DNA of 61,922 bases from a virus (Duplodnaviria; Caudoviricetes), in the IMG/VR virus record IMGVR_UViG_3300009678_000065, positions 1-61,922 of that record, one strand, 5' to 3'. Every line of letters starts with the position of its first letter. Positions within the stretch are counted from its first letter, which is position 1. A model generated the notes under the pieces. The model was not told the origin of the DNA. It saw only the letters and a list, made by a program, of their open reading frames with translations, and made no database searches. Position numbers and translations under genes: made by a program. Positions 7,458-17,384 of this stretch are shown here, one piece after another.

Positions 7458-10400
7458 TTACACAATCACGCTTGAGGATACTTTAGCGTATCTGCACCAC
7501 ATACCAAATGCTGACCCACCACCACCACCAGTCTGACCTGCAATAGCGAATGCAGTGAAGGCCGGAAACACTCCGCTGGGGAATGTATATGTCTTTTGAA
7601 AGTCGTTGATGATCACTTGAAACGAAACGGTGCTGAGCATGTTGATCTGGATATCATAGATCGTGTCACGAGTCTCTTCAAACAAAGTCTCATTGATGAA
7701 CGCGATGTTAGGGTTGGTCATGTTCCGAACAATCACGCTCCAGAGCGTCGGGTTGCTGCCGCTACCCTTGATTGAACAAACATAAATTCCGCTCATCGCA
7801 CCCGAGGTAGTTGTGGAGCCTGTGAGTCCTCTCGGAGCAATGCCCCACTGGTATCCGTTGCCGTTACCACGCAGACCCTCAGCGGTAGTTGGACTCATAA
7901 CAATCGTGCGACACTGCGGAAGATGCTCCAGAAAAATTGGCTGGTCATTCGATGCAAAGGCCGGGTTGGCACCGCTGCCAGCGCTTGCTAGTTTCCAAGC
8001 GTAGCCCTTCGCAATTTTGCCTGTCTGGGTTGGCCCCGCGCTACACGTCAGCGTGGTTCCGTTCAGCAAGAGAATCTCCGCGAGGATCGCTGACGTTGAA
8101 GCGATAAACACTTCATGGTACGTCGTGCCACCCGTAGTGTTCAAAGATGAGTACACATTAGGGATAGGGAACACACCACCTGATCCCTTGCCGGTCTTGT
8201 CGTCCAGGTAACGCAGGAAATCATTAAACGTGAAGCGCGACGACGACGTCGCAGTCACGTTGTAACGTGGTTCCAATTCGTCCGACTCATCGTAGAACTG
8301 ATCCATCATTACATCGGAGATCACGAAGTCACCAAAGATCGGCGGGTAGGTCAGATTGAACGGCACCGTGACACCGCGATGTGACTTCGGGTCACGGGTC
8401 GCGTAGGTCACCGTCCGCACCGGCCACGCGCCCTTCAGTTCCGTGAGGCCTCGCTGCACCATCTGCGGAAAGGTCAGAAGGTTATCGTCGGTCACCATAA
8501 ACTCGTGGACGCCATCGGTTGGCAGACCGTTGTCGTCAATCTCAACTAGACCACACACCTTCTGTGACTCGACGTCGTCCATTTGCAAGAAGGGCCGTAC
8601 CGGCGTGCCTCCCCCAAAGAGCCAATCCGCTTGAATGATGGCCTGCGTTAGTGGGGCAGCCAGCTTAATCTGCGCCGTGCTCAGAATGGATGCGTAAGCA
8701 ATCACGCGGTGGCCGATCGAGAGAAAACCCCCGGTCGGATTGAAGCGTGAGGTGTCCGCCACCGTGATCGTGTTTGTTCCAGCAGCTGCGTCCAGTGCCA
8801 TGATCGTCCCCTTGCCGCGCACGAACACACGGTTGCGGAGCTGCGACCAATCCAGTGTCAACGTCACCGGCGTAGTCTTGATCATCGACTCGTTTTCATC
8901 GTCAATGATGTCGGGCGCGATAATGGCTTCCAGATCGGGACCCAATTCGTCCTCGATGCCAGGAGGCTGGTTGGTCACTGACCGTTCGCCACCGACGAGA
9001 CTCATGCCAAAGGCAAACGTCGCAACGTTCGAGGTGTTATCCAGGATCAGTCCGACCATCTTGGTGCTGGTGCGGTCGAAGTCCGGCGTACCCTCCACGA
9101 TCGGAATGAACGGCGTAAAGATTGACGCGTAGATCTTTCGGAAGACGCAGTTCAATGTGCCGATCGGTGGAAAAATCGGAATGTTGGAAAGTGTCGCTTT
9201 GAACGATCCATTAAAGAGAATGGCCAGAGTCTGTAGAGTTCCACGAGTCTCGGTGCCGTCCTGGTACACACCAGTCACTCGGAACGACCAGTACCCAGGC
9301 TGCGCGTCTCGATCAGGGAACGCACCCCCGTCATCAACCTCGGTTGTAGATTCGATCGCTGTCAACACCCCAATGGGAGCCACCGGAGGCGGCAGCGTAC
9401 GGCTGATCGTAGACGGCTTGATGGCCAGCGCTGGAGTCGCCGTCGTGGTCACGTTGTCCGCGATCACGGCGTACTCGATCAGGCCCGTTCCGCCGACACC
9501 CGAGGAGTCGCCAATGCGGATGGCGTAGATCACGCGGGCGGTCGGGTTGCGCGAACCTACGGCCGGGCCAATGGGAATGTTTGAGAACGTCGGCAGCAAC
9601 GTGCCGTCCAGGTAGATCGGACCAGCCAGTGCGCTCAACTTCGACTCAAAGAGTCCACCACCCGCGAGGTTCTCCATGACGGTCGCGACGTCCTGGGTGG
9701 CGAAGTTGACGTCGCCAGCGACAGGTGGCTGGTGGCCCGCCCACCCCTCACCAATTTTCACACCGTTCACATCGTACATGACCCAGCCACGACTAAAGCC
9801 CAGGCCATAGGAACCGTTCGAGACGGTCCCGGTCATGTTCAACGCCATCGCTTGATCGGACAGCTGCACGTAACCAGGCGACGGCGGAATCGGAATCGAA
9901 GGATGCGGAGTCGTGAATGTCTTCGCAGTTCCGTAACGGAACGTCGTGAAGAAGTACCAGTAGCCCTCTTTGAGATCCTGTCCCAACGCGGACGTGGTGC
10001 TGAGTGCCACGGTCATCGCTGCCGCACCAAATCCAGGGATGGTCACGGGCGGCAGACTCGGCTCTTCAAATGCCGCCTTATACAGATGCACCTCTCGGTT
10101 GTAGTCCAGGTAGAAGTGACCGTTGCCGATCTTGCTGGCGATGTTCGAGAACACCGTGAGCATGTCCTCTGACCCGTCCAACGCCATCGAGATCTTCGGG
10201 AGTCGCGCCTGGATAAAGTTCGTCAGGAAGCCGGGCGCATACGCAGAGATCAACGCTTCCGCCACGTCGCTGGCGCTGACGTTATTGAACACACCGAACG
10301 GACGCAGGTGGTTGAAACGATACGAGTGATCGGTGCAGCCAGCCGACCACACAAAATTCTCTCTGGCGTCCTCGTAGCTCTGCGAGAAGCTCGTCACTTG

Positions 10401-11156
10401 ACCGGAGAACAAGATGTTGTCGAGCTTGTCCTTAAAAGTCGTGCGCTCCAGGCCCACCGGAGGCGTGCCCGATCCATCAATCACGAAGCCTGCGGTGTTT
10501 GAACCGCCGTCCGTAGCCTCGGTCACGGTTACCGACGGACTGCGACGAATATCACCGCCGAACACCGCAGCAGTGTAGCTGAAGAGAAACTTCCCCACGA
10601 TCGTGTACCCCGAAGGCTCCACGATTTCGACGTCCACCAGGCCGGAAGCGTGCGCGGGCGTGATGGCGCGGTACATTGTATCGTCCACGAACTCGATGCC
10701 GGTCGCCAGCTCACCGCCGAAGTAGACCAGCGCGCCCGCGATGAAGTTGAAGCCGATGATGCTCAACTCCGTGCCACCAAGGACCGATCCACGATTGTTG
10801 GACACGCTAACGATGTGACCTTCGACAAACGTAAATGCCTGAATCCGTGTGCCCTCTTCTCCGTTGTGATTGTTGATCACCGTGATGTCCACGACGCCCT
10901 CGTCGTGCGTGGGCGACTCGCATGTAATTTCCTGCGAGGACACCACCACCACGTTCAGCGCGGGTTCATCTCCAAAGAGGACCGTAACGTCAGAGGCGAA
11001 TCGGAAGCCAGTGATCGTAATCGTATCCCCGCCTACGACTCGTGACGCAGACGGAGATACGTTCTCAATGACCGGGAACGACTCAAAGCCCTGAGTAGGG
11101 CGAAGAGGCGGTCCCTTACGACTCGGACCCTGCGTAGGCTTCAGGTCGGGACGCAT
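7458..11156 (-). CDS. Large tail tip/host-specificity protein with two N-terminal IPT/TIG domains
   Basis: PVIENVSP..GGDTITITGFRF..VLFG and GGTELSIIGFNF IPT repeats; hub-like SQLRNRVFVRG; located after the tape measure. Confidence 0.8.
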   Translation of the reverse strand: MRPDLKPTQGPSRKGPPLRPTQGFESFPVIENVSPSASRVVGGDTITITGFRFASDVTVLFGDEPALNVVVVSSQEITCESPTHDEGVVDITVINNHNGEEGTRIQAFTFVEGHIVSVSNNRGSVLGGTELSIIGFNFIAGALVYFGGELATGIEFVDDTMYRAITPAHASGLVDVEIVEPSGYTIVGKFLFSYTAAVFGGDIRRSPSVTVTEATDGGSNTAGFVIDGSGTPPVGLERTTFKDKLDNILFSGQVTSFSQSYEDARENFVWSAGCTDHSYRFNHLRPFGVFNNVSASDVAEALISAYAPGFLTNFIQARLPKISMALDGSEDMLTVFSNIASKIGNGHFYLDYNREVHLYKAAFEEPSLPPVTIPGFGAAAMTVALSTTSALGQDLKEGYWYFFTTFRYGTAKTFTTPHPSIPIPPSPGYVQLSDQAMALNMTGTVSNGSYGLGFSRGWVMYDVNGVKIGEGWAGHQPPVAGDVNFATQDVATVMENLAGGGLFESKLSALAGPIYLDGTLLPTFSNIPIGPAVGSRNPTARVIYAIRIGDSSGVGGTGLIEYAVIADNVTTTATPALAIKPSTISRTLPPPVAPIGVLTAIESTTEVDDGGAFPDRDAQPGYWSFRVTGVYQDGTETRGTLQTLAILFNGSFKATLSNIPIFPPIGTLNCVFRKIYASIFTPFIPIVEGTPDFDRTSTKMVGLILDNTSNVATFAFGMSLVGGERSVTNQPPGIEDELGPDLEAIIAPDIIDDENESMIKTTPVTLTLDWSQLRNRVFVRGKGTIMALDAAAGTNTITVADTSRFNPTGGFLSIGHRVIAYASILSTAQIKLAAPLTQAIIQADWLFGGGTPVRPFLQMDDVESQKVCGLVEIDDNGLPTDGVHEFMVTDDNLLTFPQMVQRGLTELKGAWPVRTVTYATRDPKSHRGVTVPFNLTYPPIFGDFVISDVMMDQFYDESDELEPRYNVTATSSSRFTFNDFLRYLDDKTGKGSGGVFPIPNVYSSLNTTGGTTYHEVFIASTSAILAEILLLNGTTLTCSAGPTQTGKIAKGYAWKLASAGSGANPAFASNDQPIFLEHLPQCRTIVMSPTTAEGLRGNGNGYQWGIAPRGLTGSTTTSGAMSGIYVCSIKGSGSNPTLWSVIVRNMTNPNIAFINETLFEETRDTIYDIQINMLSTVSFQVIINDFQKTYTFPSGVFPAFTAFAIAGQTGGGGGSAFGMWCRYAKVSSSVIV

Positions 11157-11157
11157 C

Positions 11158-11712
11158 TTAGTTCATCCCGTATGCGCCGAACTGGTGCAGCTGACATGAC
11201 CCGGTGGCCACGGTCTGCGTGAAGAACAGGTTCAGAGCGAGCGATGTAGTCGTATCGACGTTGCCTCCGACCGCAGGCGCGGAGTTCCAGGGCAGTACGG
11301 CGGTCAGCACTCCCTTGGGTGCGGTTGCCGGAACACCCAGGATGTCCTCGCAGGTCCACTGGCCCTGTCCAAAGAAGTTACCCGTTGCGCCAATCGCGCG
11401 ACACGTCAACAGCACTTCAAGGTGCCAACCCACGTTGGTATGCGCGGCCACGGTGTCAAGCAAGACGGCCAGGCCGTCGAACACCACGATGCCGCCCAAA
11501 CGAATGTCGAAGCGCGCGGTGCCAGGTGTGGTAATCAGCGACGAGATGCGTCCCGAGGCTTTGACCAACACTTGCTTGCCCACGAAGTCAAAGTAGTTGG
11601 CGGGCAGCGTCTTCACCGCCGACGCGGGAAGCAGGGTGGTCGCCGCAGCGGCAGTCACGGCGGTGCCGTTCTCCGATGAGGTGATCAGGGTTTCAACATA
11701 TCCAAGAGCCAT
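11158..11712 (-). CDS. Putative minor tail/virion beta-rich protein
   Basis: Between tape measure and tail tip; Thr/Ala/Gly-rich; GGAG RBS. Confidence 0.55.
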   Translation of the reverse strand: MALGYVETLITSSENGTAVTAAAATTLLPASAVKTLPANYFDFVGKQVLVKASGRISSLITTPGTARFDIRLGGIVVFDGLAVLLDTVAAHTNVGWHLEVLLTCRAIGATGNFFGQGQWTCEDILGVPATAPKGVLTAVLPWNSAPAVGGNVDTTTSLALNLFFTQTVATGSCQLHQFGAYGMN

Positions 11713-11727
11713 GTTCTGTTCTCCTTA

Positions 11728-14571
11728 TTACTTGAAGTTGAGTTGACGTCCGGTCTTGAAGTCGCGGATGAGGATCTGCGAGATCTTCCGCGCTGACTCC
11801 TCGGCCGTACCGTTCACGTAAAAGTGGTTCGTGACGTTGCCCATGCCGCCAAACTTGTCGAGTGGAACGATCACCTCGGGTCCATGCAGCATGGCCAGCG
11901 TGCCATCCTTGAAGTCTCCGAAGCCACCCTCGCGGAAGCCAGGGATGCGAGGACCCGAAGGAATCCACGACTGAACAGTGCCAGACTGGTAGGCCTCACG
12001 CATTTCCTGAAACGAAAATCCACGTGCGGCCATCGCCATTGCGTCGGCAACAGGGATGCCCCACTTCTTTGCGAAATCTGAAAGATTCGCGCGAGTGATG
12101 TCGAAACTACCACCCTGCAGCTGCTTGGCCTGAAACTCGGACAGCGTCATGATCTCGCCGCCCAAGGTTCGCACTTTCGTTGCCGAGTCCTCGATCGCGC
12201 GGCCAACCGTGTCTTCCCACACCTGACCCAGCGTCGAAACGGCCTCGGCCTGCTTGGAAGTCTCTTCGATCACGTTGGTCGTGTTGGCGTCCATCAAACC
12301 GTTAGCGATCGTGCTCCACTGACCCAGATCTCGCTTGCGCTGTTCGAGCAGCCGCGCCGACTCACGAATCTCACGGTCGGTATGCGACGTGACGTCTTTC
12401 ATGAGCAAGTCGTATGCGTTCTGTGCCTCGTCCACCAGCATCTCGTAGTGATCGCGAGACAGTTCGTTGGCCTCGTTGCGCTTGCTGATCTCCGCATCGA
12501 TAGTCGCGTCAAACTTCGCCATCTGCGCGTCGAGCATCTCAGTGGTGAGTTTGCCCTGCAGCTTCAGGCTTTCCAACGATGCCGCAAGCTTGCGCTCCTC
12601 GCCCTCGATCCAGTCGTTGATGTTGTTGCCGTGGGCCTCGTTGATGATGTCCAGGGTCTCCTGATTGACCGCCTGGATCTCTCGCGCGGCCTTCACCGCT
12701 TCCACCGCAGCCTCGGCCTGCGCCTTGGTCAGCTTGGGGAACGCCTGGTAAAGTTCCTCGACCGACGCGCCCAGCTTGGCGTACTCCATCACGCTGGCGC
12801 GCAGATCCCCGTTGACACCCTTGAGAGTATCCTGCCAGGTGGTGCCGAGAGCATTCAACGCCGTCCAAGCCAGTTCATACTCCTTGGTGCGCGCGGTGGT
12901 GTCGGCCAGATCATCGTCCTGGTGTTCCAATGCCTCATTAGCCTTATTTATTGCTTCTTCAGCAGCAGCCAATGCCTCTGCTACTTTATCATTTTGTGCT
13001 TTGTATTCTTTGGCCATCTCCGCATCAGCGGCCATACTCTTGGCAGTCTTATCGGCCGCGATCATGGCGTCCTGCTCGGCCTGCGTGAAGCCCTGCAGTT
13101 CCAGACCTAGCTCCATGAACCAATCGCTCACCGCTTCGGTCTGTCCCAACTCGTAGGCCGCAAACAAAGCGGCAGCATAGATCGCGGCCATCGCCAAGGG
13201 ACCAAGCGTAGCAGCGATGGACCCCGCCAGTAGTTTGAACGACGCAGCCGTCTGCGCGATCGAGCTGAAGTCCATCACGGCCCACATGATGCTGGCCTGC
13301 GTACTCATGGTGGCGAAGCCCGCGCCGATGGAGGTGAGCAACGCCGGGAGAGCCTGGAAGCCCGAGGTGATGGTGGCGAGGCTGGCCGTCACGTCGAGGA
13401 CGCTGGAGCTGGCCGCTTCCACGCCAGACGACAACAGGTACATGCCAGCAGCCGCGATGGCGCTGCGCTCCGCAACCCGCTTCATCCAGTCAGGCAGCGC
13501 GTCCCAGGTGCCAATCACCGCATCGTACACGCCAACGACCACGCCCTTGATGATGTCAAACGCGCCCTTAAGCAGCGGGCCGTACTTCTCCCAGGCATCC
13601 ACGGCCCGGTCCCACAACTCCACCGCTCCGTCGCGCATCTTGCCAAACCAGCTCACGATGATCGGTGCCCATTCGGTCACCACGTCGGCTGCGCTCTCAA
13701 TGCCTGACATGAAGGTTTCCATGAAGACATCGGAGCCACCGAACGTCTCAAAGATGGAATCCCGGATCGACAGGAACGCATCAACCACTTTCGGGGAGGC
13801 TGCCACGTTCGAGATCAGGTTGTCGTAAAAATTGTCCCAAGCCGTGCTGACCTGCGCGATGATCTCATCGACGCCGTCCGTCTGCTCACCCAGTCGCTTG
13901 GTGGCGTCGGACACGGCATTCAAGATGGCGATGCGCGCGGCTTCCTGCTTCTCCTGCGTCGTCAGACGCTCGGAGGTGGTGCCCAGCTGCTTGGCGTACT
14001 CTTCCTCGGCCTTGGCCAGGTCGATCTTGCCGGTGAGCAGCTGCACCGACCGCACCTGGCCAGTCAGCATCGCGGTGTTCACCGTATCAAACGCGTCAGC
14101 GACGTCGATGCCCTTGGCCTGGGCCAGCGCGAAACCACCGTCGGCCAGGGTCTTCATCTGCTCGTCGGTGAGCTGAATGCCTGCCGCGAACTGATCGTTC
14201 ACGGTCTTCATGAGGGTGAAGTCGTCGATCGTGTTATGGGTACCCTCGCGGAGGACACCCAACATGGTTTCACCAGCGCGATCAGCACCCTCGGCCAGAC
14301 GGTTGAAGTTCTCTTCAACGTCGGCAATGCCCGCGCCCTCGGTCGTGAAGTCCTCGACCAGACCAATGGTGACGTCCATCACCTTGTCGAAGGCCTTCAT
14401 AGCCAATTCGCCAAGGATGAAGCCGCTCGCCAGGGTCTTCACCGAGTTGTTCATGCCACCGAAACTCTCGTCGAGTCGATTGACCTTGGCGAGGACCGCC
14501 TCCATCGTGGTGGAGATCTTGTCCTCAAAGGTAATCTGCCCGGCGAGGGTTCCGATGTTCACGTTGTTCAT
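11728..14571 (-). CDS. Tape measure protein
   Basis: 947 aa, Ala-rich helical, W-spaced repeats, central hydrophobic segment, C-terminal GFREGG..MLHGPEVIVPL; follows tail chaperones. Confidence 0.92.
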   Translation of the reverse strand: MNNVNIGTLAGQITFEDKISTTMEAVLAKVNRLDESFGGMNNSVKTLASGFILGELAMKAFDKVMDVTIGLVEDFTTEGAGIADVEENFNRLAEGADRAGETMLGVLREGTHNTIDDFTLMKTVNDQFAAGIQLTDEQMKTLADGGFALAQAKGIDVADAFDTVNTAMLTGQVRSVQLLTGKIDLAKAEEEYAKQLGTTSERLTTQEKQEAARIAILNAVSDATKRLGEQTDGVDEIIAQVSTAWDNFYDNLISNVAASPKVVDAFLSIRDSIFETFGGSDVFMETFMSGIESAADVVTEWAPIIVSWFGKMRDGAVELWDRAVDAWEKYGPLLKGAFDIIKGVVVGVYDAVIGTWDALPDWMKRVAERSAIAAAGMYLLSSGVEAASSSVLDVTASLATITSGFQALPALLTSIGAGFATMSTQASIMWAVMDFSSIAQTAASFKLLAGSIAATLGPLAMAAIYAAALFAAYELGQTEAVSDWFMELGLELQGFTQAEQDAMIAADKTAKSMAADAEMAKEYKAQNDKVAEALAAAEEAINKANEALEHQDDDLADTTARTKEYELAWTALNALGTTWQDTLKGVNGDLRASVMEYAKLGASVEELYQAFPKLTKAQAEAAVEAVKAAREIQAVNQETLDIINEAHGNNINDWIEGEERKLAASLESLKLQGKLTTEMLDAQMAKFDATIDAEISKRNEANELSRDHYEMLVDEAQNAYDLLMKDVTSHTDREIRESARLLEQRKRDLGQWSTIANGLMDANTTNVIEETSKQAEAVSTLGQVWEDTVGRAIEDSATKVRTLGGEIMTLSEFQAKQLQGGSFDITRANLSDFAKKWGIPVADAMAMAARGFSFQEMREAYQSGTVQSWIPSGPRIPGFREGGFGDFKDGTLAMLHGPEVIVPLDKFGGMGNVTNHFYVNGTAEESARKISQILIRDFKTGRQLNFK

Positions 14572-15032
14572 CTACGTGATCTCGCTCTCTTCAGCTGCTG
14601 CGCCGTGGGCCTGGCCGGTCTTGCTGGCTTTGCCGGTGGACGTTGCGGCCTAGGTTTCGACAAGGCCTTCGACAGTGCGAAGTGCATCTTGGCGATCGAT
14701 TTCATGTGCTGCCAACCAGCGGTTGGCGGGGTCTCGGTCTTGCCTGGCGCATCCGGTTTCGTTTCGACGTCCTTGAATTCCAATAGGAAGTCGCTCGGAC
14801 TCATTCGTTTACGCGACCCACCCCGCATCAGCGTGGTGTTGTAGATCGCCGCGCAGATCGATGCAGCGTGGTAGTCGGCCCGTCGGTCCCCGAAGGGTTC
14901 GATCAGGTCAAACGCCCTCCACCACATCAGGTCGTCGAAGGACATGCGCTCCAGCATCCCTTCGACGTCCGTCTTCTTCAGGTAACCGGCCAACCGATGG
15001 GCAAAACGACGAAAGTCGTCTGCCCTTAGTCG
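14568..15032 (-). CDS. Tail assembly chaperone, -1 frame extension (gpGT/DUF4035-like)
   Basis: -1 frame reads KRLRADDFRRFAHRLAGYL..EPFGDRRADYHAA. Confidence 0.8.
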   Translation of the reverse strand, partial: RLRADDFRRFAHRLAGYLKKTDVEGMLERMSFDDLMWWRAFDLIEPFGDRRADYHAASICAAIYNTTLMRGGSRKRMSPSDFLLEFKDVETKPDAPGKTETPPTAGWQHMKSIAKMHFALSKALSKPRPQRPPAKPARPARPTAQQLKRARSRR

Positions 15033-15433
15033 TTTTTTCGGGCTTGCATCTCCGCTTCAGGATTCTCCAGCGCGGGCTTGTCGCCTTCCTTCTCGGCGTC
15101 CTTGAGTTCCTTCGGAACAGGGAACCCGTTCAGGAGGAGCACCTTGCGGAGGACCTTGCCGTTCTCCTGGGCGTCCTTCGCAGCGAAGTCCTTCACGGCC
15201 TCGTCGTATTCCTCGGGCGAGTACCGCGCGCCGGTGTCGTCGGTGACCGACTTCACGAGCAGGCGCAGCCCTGAGATCTTCTTCTTGAGCGGGTCGGCGT
15301 TGCCTTCGACCCACTCCAGCATGTCAGCGGACGACACGGAACCGATGCGGACGTCTTCCCCGTAGGCCGCAACGTTGTCGTACTTGACGTTGTTGACTTC
15401 TTTCGTGCGGAGCTTCGCAAGTGAAACAGACAT
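15026..15433 (-). CDS. Tail assembly chaperone (gpG-like)
   Basis: AAGGAG RBS; ends ..ARKND* over the slippery site; upstream of the tape measure. Confidence 0.8.
   Translation of the reverse strand: MSVSLAKLRTKEVNNVKYDNVAAYGEDVRIGSVSSADMLEWVEGNADPLKKKISGLRLLVKSVTDDTGARYSPEEYDEAVKDFAAKDAQENGKVLRKVLLLNGFPVPKELKDAEKEGDKPALENPEAEMQARKND
15032..15038 (-). other. Programmed -1 frameshift heptamer A AAA AAC
   Basis: CGA AAA AAC GAC TAA; a -1 shift joins the 14568 ORF. Confidence 0.8.
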
Positions 15434-15444
15434 TCAAATTCTCC

Positions 15445-15879
15445 TTATCCTGGACGTCGAACTGCGATCACGTTGAACGAGAAACGAGCTTGCTTACGGT
15501 CGTCCACCCCGGCATCGAACGGCTCCTGGAGTGGATTGATCTCACGGTACCAGCCTGAAAACTGAAACGACTGCGGTTCACGATAGACCAGCACGTTACG
15601 GATGCCTACCAGCGCGTCGTAGGCCAGCTGCGCCTTTGCCCGCGCGTTCTTGGATGAGTCCGCCCGCGCTAGGATCTGCGCGGCCGGGCGGATGTACGCG
15701 GGCGTGATGACCCTGTTCTGAGTTCGTTCTGGACCGGACCCGGAAGTTTCAGTGACGGTGATCGTCGCCGCGCCAGACGATAGCATTGGCACGGTCTGCT
15801 TCGTGGACACAAAGATATCCACGTTCAGCGTTCCCACGCCTGCCTCCTGCAGCAGCGTTACGATATCATCGGTCCACAC
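15445..15879 (-). CDS. Tail terminator / minor-capsid-like neck protein
   Basis: GVGTLNVDIF..ETSGSGP..RPAAQILARA..RFSFNV; neck position. Confidence 0.7.
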   Translation of the reverse strand: MWTDDIVTLLQEAGVGTLNVDIFVSTKQTVPMLSSGAATITVTETSGSGPERTQNRVITPAYIRPAAQILARADSSKNARAKAQLAYDALVGIRNVLVYREPQSFQFSGWYREINPLQEPFDAGVDDRKQARFSFNVIAVRRPG

Positions 15880-15884
15880 GGTGT

Positions 15885-16253
15885 TTATTTTCTCTCCCGG
15901 CAACGACGCGCTGCCGCTTCTCTTCGCTCTGGAGTCCAAGTAGCCCGTTGACGTTCCCTTTGTTCGTCGGTCCACTTCCACCTTTTCCGGTGAGGACCAC
16001 GTTTCTTTCCAAGCTGCCGGGCGCTGTGCGCTGCCCTCTGCTCAGGCGTCCATTTTGTGCCCCTGCTACGTGAACTCACGATGGCTTTGTACTCCGGGGA
16101 CCTGTGTTCGGCGTGCGTTTTATCCTCGTGGCAGTTCGCGCACAAATATTGCCAGTTAGATTCATCGTCCGCGCCTCCCATCCATTTAGGAATGACGTGG
16201 TCTTTATGAAGAGACTCGCGCCACACCCCACACTTAATGCAATACCCACTCAT
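15885..16253 (-). CDS. HNH endonuclease (paralog of 2919..3248) inserted among neck genes
   Basis: CIKC..DHVIPKWMGG..NWQYLCANCHEDKT; WTPEQR repeats. Confidence 0.85.
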   Translation of the reverse strand: MSGYCIKCGVWRESLHKDHVIPKWMGGADDESNWQYLCANCHEDKTHAEHRSPEYKAIVSSRSRGTKWTPEQRAAHSARQLGKKRGPHRKRWKWTDEQRERQRATWTPERREAAARRCRERK

Positions 16254-16639
16254 GAGTTCCAGGCTTTGTTTAGATCGATCCGTTTGGCCACGCGTGCTGC
16301 CATGAACGGTCTGGACTCCAAGAGAACACTTTCGATGTACTTCGCCTGTCCAACAGGATGATAGGCGTCAAGGTCTTCGTGAACGTAGATGGCGTAGGGC
16401 GCGGACGGCCCTCCAGCGACAATATTAGTCCAGACCGCATTGCCCTGTCGAGTAGGACCTTCCACATGTTCTGATGCACGAAGCTCACCAAACTCGACAG
16501 GTGTTCGTCGCTTAACTTCTTTAAGTTCGATCTGAGTCTCTTGATACAGTGCCTTGTCAGTCTGCTTCTGAAGATTACCCGCGAAGCGTCTGGCCTTGGC
16601 CGCAAATTGAGAGACTCCGTTAAGACTCGCTCCGGCCAC
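16250..16639 (-). CDS. HK97 gp10-like neck/tail completion protein
   Basis: KRRTPVEFGELRAS..YAIYVHE..GQAKYIE. Confidence 0.8.
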   Translation of the reverse strand: MAGASLNGVSQFAAKARRFAGNLQKQTDKALYQETQIELKEVKRRTPVEFGELRASEHVEGPTRQGNAVWTNIVAGGPSAPYAIYVHEDLDAYHPVGQAKYIESVLLESRPFMAARVAKRIDLNKAWNS

Positions 16640-17384
16640 GTGACTCTCTCCACTCGCGCAATTCCTTGTCGAGGTTGGCAGGGAGACGCTGCCCAACCTG
16701 TCGCCACCACACAGTCTCTTCAGCCACTTCCAAACAACGAGCTGATGCTACTGGTTCGATGACAGGGTTGGGATCGTCATAAGGCATCACGACGTTGACG
16801 TCTGCGGCAGCGAAAGGCTGCCCCGTTCTGATCGTCTCGTACTTCGCCGTGATCGCCTGCCGCTCCTCGCGGGTGCGAATGAGGAACACGTGGTGCTCAA
16901 GAAAGGCCGTTGCTGGCGCGCGGTAGGCCGGGTACGCGTGCGCGGCGTGGATCTTCACCGGGCGTCGGGACTGCCGCGCCACGCTCAAACGTGCCTGGAA
17001 GTCGGGGAAGTACGGCTGCTTGGCGATGCAATGCTGGACATCGGGCCACAGGTGCGCCCGCGAGAAGAACCAGGAGTCCCGACGAAACCACTCGTCGGTC
17101 TTCAACCAGTCGATCATGCCAGTTGAGCACCGTTCGTCGTCGTCAACCCGAAGGATGTAGTCGCCGGTGCAGGCGTCGAGAGCCTGATCGATCAGCTCTT
17201 CAAAGTACGATCCTTGGACCATGACATGCTTGATGTCATAGTCCTCCGCGAACCGCCGTGCGCGATCACCATGCGCGCCCAGGACAAACTCCGCGCCCAG
17301 CATGCGCGCCAGCATCTGAAATTCCAACAGGAACAACCTGGTGACCACTGTCGCATCACTGACGCACACGATACTGAGTTTCAT
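16620..17384 (-). CDS. GT-A fold (GT2-like) glycosyltransferase
   Basis: MKLSIVCV, ACTGDYILRVDDDE, PDFQARL. Confidence 0.78.
   Translation of the reverse strand: MKLSIVCVSDATVVTRLFLLEFQMLARMLGAEFVLGAHGDRARRFAEDYDIKHVMVQGSYFEELIDQALDACTGDYILRVDDDERCSTGMIDWLKTDEWFRRDSWFFSRAHLWPDVQHCIAKQPYFPDFQARLSVARQSRRPVKIHAAHAYPAYRAPATAFLEHHVFLIRTREERQAITAKYETIRTGQPFAAADVNVVMPYDDPNPVIEPVASARCLEVAEETVWWRQVGQRLPANLDKELREWRESRGRSES

Noticed and set aside
7458-8200. Diversity-generating retroelement target in the tail tip
   Set aside because: No reverse transcriptase or template/variable repeat pair found.
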